This document shows positions 55,741 to 64,000 of a stretch of DNA of 64,000 nucleotides, in pieces; within the stretch, counting starts at the first letter, position 1; each line of letters begins with the position of its first letter. Source of the DNA: an uncultured Acidobacteriota bacterium. Lineage in GTDB: Bacteria; Acidobacteriota; Terriglobia; UBA7540. A model generated the notes under the pieces. The model worked only from the letters and a program-made list of their open reading frames with translations. It did no database searches and was not told the DNA's origin. The position numbers and the translations under genes are program-made. The stretch covers positions 160,001 through 224,000 of the forward strand of contig CAWDSK010000009.1 of NCBI GenBank assembly GCA_963804995.1, given 5' to 3'.

Positions 55741-55905
55741 TGCAACCCCCTACAGTATTAGATGATCGGCTGCGGGTTCGAGAGGAGATATTCTACACGA
55801 TGCGGTCGGATGTCAACAGAAGGGAGTGGTGGGTTATTTTGAATGTAGCGCCGCCCTTATGGTTCTTGAATTTCCAGCTCGTAGAATTCTCAAACACCCA
55901 CGTGA

Positions 55906-56129
55906 CCCCTCACCCGTCCCGCCCCGGCTGGTGAGAGCGTCGGCGGCGGTCCACCCTCTCCCCTCGGAGAGGGCGGTTATTCAAGGTGGGGCACTCTTTC
56001 GGCATACGCAGAGAATGGGTCTCCAATTCGGCCGGTGGGCGCTTCGGTCTAACCTTCCCCTAGCCGGAACCGGATAATAGCCTTCTCCCAGGGAAGAAGG
56101 TGGCTGACGTAGGAGGCCGGATGAGGGGT
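55906..56129. repeat. CCCTCACCC/CCCTCTCCC-type REP palindromes
   Basis: Same family as about 37405-37473 and 42024-42100. Confidence 0.6.
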
Positions 56130-56263
56130 TACTTGCTGGCTCGAGGCAATCGAACCACCACCCGAAGTCCCAGAGGCACAACGCACCGTCCCTGCTGCGA
56201 CCATGCCCGGGGCTGATCCACACTGACAGTAAAAAATTCTTTATGGCAGGCAAAAAAAATCTC

Positions 56264-56292
56264 TTGCATTCGGTGAAATGTTGTCTTAATAT
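56264..56292 (+). promoter_or_regulatory. sigma70 promoter of the 23S-5S unit
   Basis: TTGCAT-N17-TAATAT with upstream A-tracts (UP-element-like). Confidence 0.75.
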
Positions 56293-56694
56293 TTCTGATT
56301 GCCAGTACGAAGGTGGAGTGAGTAAGCGGGGCGTGGTTGAAAGTAAGACGCAACCAGGCTTCAAAAGAGCTCCACATCGTCTCGGTCGGAATCCCCTGGA
56401 GGTCGATACGCGAAAGGCTTTCGGATAGGGGCTTGAAGCAAGTGGGCCACCCTCGGTAAAGCTCCCGCCTGTTTCGATCCCCGAAGTTTACAGCAGACGA
56501 ACCCAGCCGCCTTAAAGGTGCGCGAGTTGCGTTTTGCGCCCTGAAAGCGGAGGATTCGCGCCAGGTTGTTGAGCTTGGTCTCACCCGCCAAGTTGGGGTG
56601 GATCAAGCCCAGCAACTTTGACCGTTCGGCGAGTGTCGGACGTTAAGTTGACGGAAGAGGCTTAGGGAGGCGGAAGTCGTCCCTGGGCACTCGA

Positions 56695-56708
56695 TGTTCT
56701 TTGAAAAC
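56695..56708 (+). promoter_or_regulatory. rrn boxA antitermination element
   Basis: TGTTCTTTGAAAAC just before the 23S processing stem. Confidence 0.8.
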
Positions 56709-56992
56709 TGAATAGTGTGGCGTCTACCTAGTAGTGGTAGCTATCAGCGTTCAGCTCTCAGCTCTCAGCAAAAGCGTGAAAATCGCCTAGCCGGGCGTGG
56801 GGGGATGGGGTTGGTGGCTACACTCTGTCCGGGATTGGATCCGGGCAGAGAGAGAAAGGCGAATCTGTTAAGCGCATCTGGAAGCGATCAGCTTTCAGCC
56901 GTCAGCGCTCAGCTAGGGCCCGAAAGAGCTTCAAGCTGAAAGCTGATAGCCGATTGCTGAGAGCTTCGCGTGGTGTGTTGAGCAGATATTAT

Positions 56993-60108
<3,116 letters not shown>

Positions 60109-60273
60109 ATAAATCTGCTCAGTGCATCAACAGAAATTATCGCCTTTACTTTACGACGCCACACTATTCAGAAGAAGCTGTCAGCCATTAGCTCTCAGCT
60201 TTCAGCTCTAGCGTGCGAACGCTTGAAGCTGATCGCTGATAGCTGAACGCTGATAGCTTCTTTCCAACAATTT

Positions 60274-60390
60274 TCCGGCGATCAAACCGGAGGGGTCACA
60301 CCCGTTCCCATCCCGAACACGGTAGTTAAGCCCTCCAGGGCCCATGGTACTGCGCGGGCGACTGCGTGGGAGAGTCGGTCGTCGCCGGGA
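60274..60390 (+). rRNA. rrf: 5S ribosomal RNA
   Basis: CACCCGTTCCCATCCCGAACACGG and GGGAGAGT motifs; terminal stem TCCGGCGA / TCGCCGGGA. Confidence 0.96.
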
Positions 60391-60403
60391 TTAATTAACA
60401 CGA

Positions 60404-60439
60404 AGACGGGCTCGCGATTTGCGAGCCCGTTTTGCTTTT
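60404..60439 (+). terminator. Intrinsic terminator after 5S
   Basis: ACGGGCTCGCGATTTGCGAGCCCGT followed by a T-rich tract. Confidence 0.8.
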
Positions 60440-60489
60440 GTCGGTAAGAGCCGATTGAGTTCGGACTGTTCGATAAACAAAGGTGAGAA

Positions 60490-60732
60490 ATGCTGACACG
60501 ACAAGACCTGATTCCATGGCTGGAGGACGCTCTGAAGGCGTTGGGAGGACGGGGCACAATTGTTTCAGTGTGCAAGCACGTCTGGGACAATCACGAGTCC
60601 GACTTGAGAAGCGCGGGTGACATGCTCTACACTTGGCAGTATGAGATCCGTTGGGCGGCGAAAATGCTCCGCGAACGCAAAATTATGAAGGCGGCAGAAG
60701 TCTCGCCCAAGGGGTTGTGGGAGCTAGCGTGA
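60490..60732 (+). CDS. Stand-alone Mrr-N-like winged-helix protein
   Basis: 'ALKALGG.G...V...V', 'WQYEIRWA...L' and 'KGLWEL' pattern; AAGGTG RBS-like site. Confidence 0.65.
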   Translation: MLTRQDLIPWLEDALKALGGRGTIVSVCKHVWDNHESDLRSAGDMLYTWQYEIRWAAKMLRERKIMKAAEVSPKGLWELA

Positions 60733-60858
60733 CTGCGCGTGCGGCTGGGGGGAGAGTCGCCCGTCCTGCGGATTATCGTGGATGACTCGGTCAATCCCGC
60801 AGTGGTGTTGGCGGACTACCGGGCGACGAAGATTGAGAAATATTGGGGGAAGCTGTGA
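60733..60858 (+). pseudogene. C-terminal remnant of a DUF4258-like toxin
   Basis: Translates as ...VLRIIVDDSVNPAVVLADYRATKIEKYW; its TGA overlaps the DUF2283 GTG start. Confidence 0.6.
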
Positions 60859-61052
60859 AAGTAACCTACAATCCCGAAGTCGACGTGCTCCGAATCCTGC
60901 TGAGCGACGCGCCCATCGAGGAAAGTGACGAGGATAAGCCGGGTGTGATCCTCGACTACGACAAAGACGGCAACATCGTGGGCCTGGAAATCCTAGAGGC
61001 CTCGAAGCGTACTGCCAACCCCAGGTCTGTAGAGTACGCGGTGACACGCTAA
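60855..61052 (+). CDS. DUF2283 family protein (putative antitoxin)
   Basis: 'KVTYNPEVDVLRI...GVILDYDKDGNIVGLEILEAS'. Confidence 0.88.
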   Translation: MKVTYNPEVDVLRILLSDAPIEESDEDKPGVILDYDKDGNIVGLEILEASKRTANPRSVEYAVTR

Positions 61053-61113
61053 GCCCTCCAGGGCCCATGGTACTGCGCGGGCGACTGCGTGGGAGAGTCG
61101 GTCGTCGCCGGGA
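61050..61113 (+). pseudogene. Partial 5S rRNA copy (3' half)
   Basis: Identical to the last 64 nt of the 5S gene. Confidence 0.9.
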
Positions 61114-61122
61114 TTAATTTAG

Positions 61123-61156
61123 AAAAAGGCTCAGGTTCTAAACCTGGGCCTTTTTT
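61123..61156 (+). terminator. Intrinsic terminator after the partial 5S copy
   Basis: AAAAAGGCTCAGGTT-CTA-AACCTGGGCC-TTTTTT. Confidence 0.8.
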
Positions 61157-61273
61157 GTTCTTGTAGGAGCGGGTACGAAAACCCGGTCCACTCAAGTGTG
61201 GTAAAATCTCTCGCGTCCTGTCGTACAAATCTCGGGCAGCTCACACTACTGCGATAACTTGGATCTTCCACCT

Positions 61274-61846
61274 ATGATTCTGGCAGTCGTTGGAATGACG
61301 GGTTCAGGCAAGAGCGAGCTGTCTCGACACCTTGGCTCCCTGGGATTTCCTGCTATCCGTTTTGGCCAGGTTGTCGTGGACGAAATCGCCAGGCGGGGTT
61401 TAGACCTCAACCCGGCGAACGAGAGGACCATCCGGGAGGAACTTCGCTCGACCGAAGGTATGGACGTTTGCGCTCGCCGCTGCTTGCCCGCGATACGCAA
61501 AGCACTCGGGGAGAGCCCGCTGGTGGTTATCGACGGCCTGTACAGTTGGAGCGAGTACCGGACGTTGCGGGCGGCGCTGGGCGAAGATCTCGTCCTCCTA
61601 CTGGTATTTACTTCCAGAGAAAAGCGGTACCAGCGGCTGAAGGTGCGCCCGGAGCGCCCCCTGACCTTCCAGCAGGCCCAGGAGAGGGACGCGACGGAAA
61701 TTGAAAATATTGAAAAAGGTGGGCCCATCGCCTTCGCCGACTATGCACTGCTGAACGATGGCACGAAGGCAGAGCTCTGCGCAGGAGTCGACAGTTTACT
61801 CGCGCGCTGGGGAATTCGTTCTTCCCAGGGTGAAAAGCGCGGTTGA
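61274..61846 (+). CDS. P-loop nucleotide-kinase-like protein (dephospho-CoA/NMP kinase-like)
   Basis: GMTGSGKS Walker A, VVIDG, 'RYQRL..R' and 'ADY.LLNDGT'. Confidence 0.85.
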   Translation: MILAVVGMTGSGKSELSRHLGSLGFPAIRFGQVVVDEIARRGLDLNPANERTIREELRSTEGMDVCARRCLPAIRKALGESPLVVIDGLYSWSEYRTLRAALGEDLVLLLVFTSREKRYQRLKVRPERPLTFQQAQERDATEIENIEKGGPIAFADYALLNDGTKAELCAGVDSLLARWGIRSSQGEKRG

Positions 61847-61993
61847 CTTCGTGCCGGGCGTTTTGCAGTGCAGAATAGGCTTCGCGCCCCCCTTTTGCTT
61901 TTTCTGAACAAGCTGGATAAGATGAGCGCCAGCGTCCTCCCGCGGTCTCCCCCGGTCGTGCGGAGGGCTCGCCAAAAGCCTTGCGGAGCGAAC

Positions 61994-62509
61994 ATGATCA
62001 CAAAAGATGATTACTACATGGGTATCGCCATGGCCGTGCGCAAGAAGGCGAATTGCATGGGCCGACGAGTCGGCGCCGTAGTTGTCAAGCGCAATCGCAT
62101 CATCTCCACCGGCTACAATGGGACGCCCGAAGGAATGGCCAATTGCCTGGATGGCGGCTGCGTGCGTTGTAAGAATCGGGAAGCCTACAAGGCAAGCGTG
62201 GGATATGACGTTTGCATATGCGTCCACGCTGAGCAGAACGCGCTGATTACCGCAGCCAGATTTGGGAATTCGATTGAGGATGCCATTGTGTATTCGACCC
62301 TTCGGCCGTGTTTCGACTGCACAAAGACTCTGCTGCAAGCCAAGGTTCACACGATTTACTACATTCATGATTGGGCCCACCCGATCGATTCCCTGCAGGA
62401 GCAGTATCTGCTCGCGCAAAGCAAGCTTCCGGGCGGGGTCAGGAAAGTGGAGATTCAGGACCCTGAGGCCGAGTGGGCAAACGGCAATGCTGCGCTGATA
62501 ATTGGCTGA
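61994..62509 (+). CDS. dCMP deaminase family protein
   Basis: VGAV, STGYNG, and HAEQNA and PCFDC zinc motifs. Confidence 0.93.
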   Translation: MITKDDYYMGIAMAVRKKANCMGRRVGAVVVKRNRIISTGYNGTPEGMANCLDGGCVRCKNREAYKASVGYDVCICVHAEQNALITAARFGNSIEDAIVYSTLRPCFDCTKTLLQAKVHTIYYIHDWAHPIDSLQEQYLLAQSKLPGGVRKVEIQDPEAEWANGNAALIIG

Positions 62510-62555
62510 CGAGACCCCCTGTGTCGATTGACCGGGGCGCAGCCAAAGAGAGGCT

Positions 62556-62732
62556 ATGTTTGCGGAGCTAGGCTTATTGGCATCGACAATCCTCACCCTG
62601 GCGGGTCTTGCAGTGCTATTTCTGACCCACGGCGAGGGTTTAAAGATTGTCGGCGCAGGCATGGCCATTGCGGGCGCGATCACGCTGGTGCTGCAACTGT
62701 GGATCTACTATCGGCGGTGGCACAACTACTGA
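62556..62732 (+). CDS. Small two-TM membrane protein (58 aa, not in the ORF track)
   Basis: AGAGAGG RBS then MFAELGLLASTILTLAGLAVLFLTHGEGLKIVGAGMAIAGAITLVLQLWIYYRRWHNY. Confidence 0.6.
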   Translation: MFAELGLLASTILTLAGLAVLFLTHGEGLKIVGAGMAIAGAITLVLQLWIYYRRWHNY

Positions 62733-62846
62733 CCAAGATTTCAGTGGCACACACGCCCTTGTGGCGGGCGTCTTTTGGGGGACCAGCCCCTTTCAGCACT
62801 CTTGCCTTGGGGGTTGTCCACAGAACGATGATGCTATAATCGTCGT

Positions 62847-63080
62847 ATGAAAAGAGTCCCAGCCAAACGCAAAGTCAGGCAGTTCACTGTGGTCATCGAA
62901 CAGGATGAAGACGGCTACTACGTGGCGACGGTCCCTTCGTTGCCGAGTTGCTACACCCAGGCGCGCACTCTGGCAGAACTGTCGCCGCGGATCCGTGAAG
63001 TAATTGCACTTTGCCTCGCCGAACAAGACGCGCCCCGGATGAAATTCGTCGCCCTCGAACAGGTTGAGGTTAGCGCTTGA
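62847..63080 (+). CDS. HicB-family antitoxin
   Basis: 'FTVVIEQDEDGYYVATVPSLPSCYTQARTL.EL...IREVI.LCL'. Confidence 0.88.
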   Translation: MKRVPAKRKVRQFTVVIEQDEDGYYVATVPSLPSCYTQARTLAELSPRIREVIALCLAEQDAPRMKFVALEQVEVSA

Positions 63081-63130
63081 GCCGCCTGCACCCAGTGCGG
63101 GCCCGCGAGGTCGTTCGTTATCTCCCCTAA
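63077..63130 (+). pseudogene. Truncated HicA-like toxin (17 codons)
   Basis: TTG overlaps the hicB stop and gives MSRLHPVRAREVVRYLP*, like a HicA N-terminus. Confidence 0.55.
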
Positions 63131-63146
63131 GGGCTAAAATCAAAAG

Positions 63147-64000
63147 ATGATGCATTCAAACAGGACGGACCACTCAACCCATGCCCCTGCCCGCGTGTGG
63201 CAGCAATGTTTTTCTGCCGGGCTTCTGATCATCACCCTCTGCGCCACTCTGGCTCACACCTCATCGACTGCGGCGCGGCCAGCCGACACTGCCCCGGCGC
63301 AGAAGTTCATCGCCCTGACCTTTGATGATGGTCCGCGGCCCTGGGTGCTCAAGGGGAACTCCGAGCCGGGACATGCCTCCGCCAGCCTCCTGGATTTACT
63401 CGATCGAGAGGGCGCGAAGGCCACGTTCTTTGTGATGGCGTGGCGTCTGGCTCCTGCCGCTGACAAGGATTGCCGCAAGATTGACACCGGCATCACATGC
63501 CGCCAAGCCGCGGAAGAGGAGCATCGCCGCGGCCACGAAATCGAAAATCATACATACGGCCACGGCGACTTCCGCCATATGAAGGAGCGCTACGGTGAGG
63601 AATGGGTCCTGAACGATCTCGACCGCGCCTCACGCACCATTGAGCCCATCACCGGCATCAAGCCTGTGTATGTGCGGCCGCCGGATTGGATCATCTGGCC
63701 GGAGATCGCCCAGCACATTGAGGCGCGCGGCTACCGCCTGATGAGCAAGTCTACGGCCTTACCTCTTGCAAGGCGCGACGTTGATTCCGAGGACTATTTC
63801 TGTGCGGGCAAGGATTTGTCCAAGTGTCCCCAGCCCTCGCTGCATGACTACGTGCTAAGAACCCTCGAGCAGCGCGAGCGCAAAGGTGTGTTCGACCACA
63901 TCCTGGTCTTCCATGAAATCCCCAATTCGGTTGAAGTCCTCTCCAAGCTGATCCCTGAGCTCAAGAAGCGCGGCTATACCTTCGTGACCCTCCAGAAGTA
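63147..64000 (+). CDS. Polysaccharide deacetylase (NodB/CE4), 3' partial
   Basis: ALTFDDGP, ATFFV, HEIENHTYGH, RPP and LVFHE motifs; runs off the window. Confidence 0.9.
   Translation, partial: MMHSNRTDHSTHAPARVWQQCFSAGLLIITLCATLAHTSSTAARPADTAPAQKFIALTFDDGPRPWVLKGNSEPGHASASLLDLLDREGAKATFFVMAWRLAPAADKDCRKIDTGITCRQAAEEEHRRGHEIENHTYGHGDFRHMKERYGEEWVLNDLDRASRTIEPITGIKPVYVRPPDWIIWPEIAQHIEARGYRLMSKSTALPLARRDVDSEDYFCAGKDLSKCPQPSLHDYVLRTLEQRERKGVFDHILVFHEIPNSVEVLSKLIPELKKRGYTFVTLQK

Larger units (their letters stand above)
60327..61119. mobile_element. Mini-island bounded by a 70-bp direct repeat of the 5S 3' end
   Basis: 60327-60396 is identical to 61050-61119. Confidence 0.7.

Noticed and set aside
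56293..56990. tRNA-Ile/tRNA-Ala or a 16S remnant upstream of 23S
   Set aside because: No cloverleaf with T-loop and acceptor stem, and no conserved 16S segments such as the anti-SD GATCACCTCC end.
60490..60858. Readthrough or selenocysteine fusion of the wHTH gene with the in-frame toxin remnant
   Set aside because: The upstream protein ends at a natural-looking family C-terminus and the downstream part lacks its N-terminus; in-frame adjacency has a one-in-three chance.

Overview
GC-rich bacterial chromosomal window. Gene content suggests Acidobacteriota (Terriglobia-like); this is an inference. Core genes: an M1-like peptidase, a FliA/WhiG sigma factor behind a sigma54-type promoter, an aroD-aroE fusion with trpE, a SIS-domain protein, an aminotransferase with pckA, a 12-gene alternative complex III plus A2-type cytochrome c oxidase operon, aldehyde dehydrogenase, an orphan mglA, a B12-binding radical SAM enzyme, an Fe-alcohol dehydrogenase and pntAA/AB/B. 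The rRNA unit has 23S and 5S but no 16S or tRNA in front of it. Accessory content: one complete IS6-like element, two ~130-bp MITEs with shared terminal repeats but different cores, many REP-like hairpins, about a dozen heptamer-repeat arrays at gene junctions (one inside the 23S gene), eight intact or decayed toxin-antitoxin modules, and two pilin paralogs flanking glycan-enzyme cargo. A small integrase-less cassette is bounded by a 70-bp duplication of the 5S 3' end and is followed by a P-loop kinase and dCMP deaminase pair. Five conserved genes are frameshifted, four by one extra base next to TCGA, which looks like a methylation-linked sequencing artefact. No CRISPR array or tRNA was seen. 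All protein calls come from motif recognition; no database search was run.
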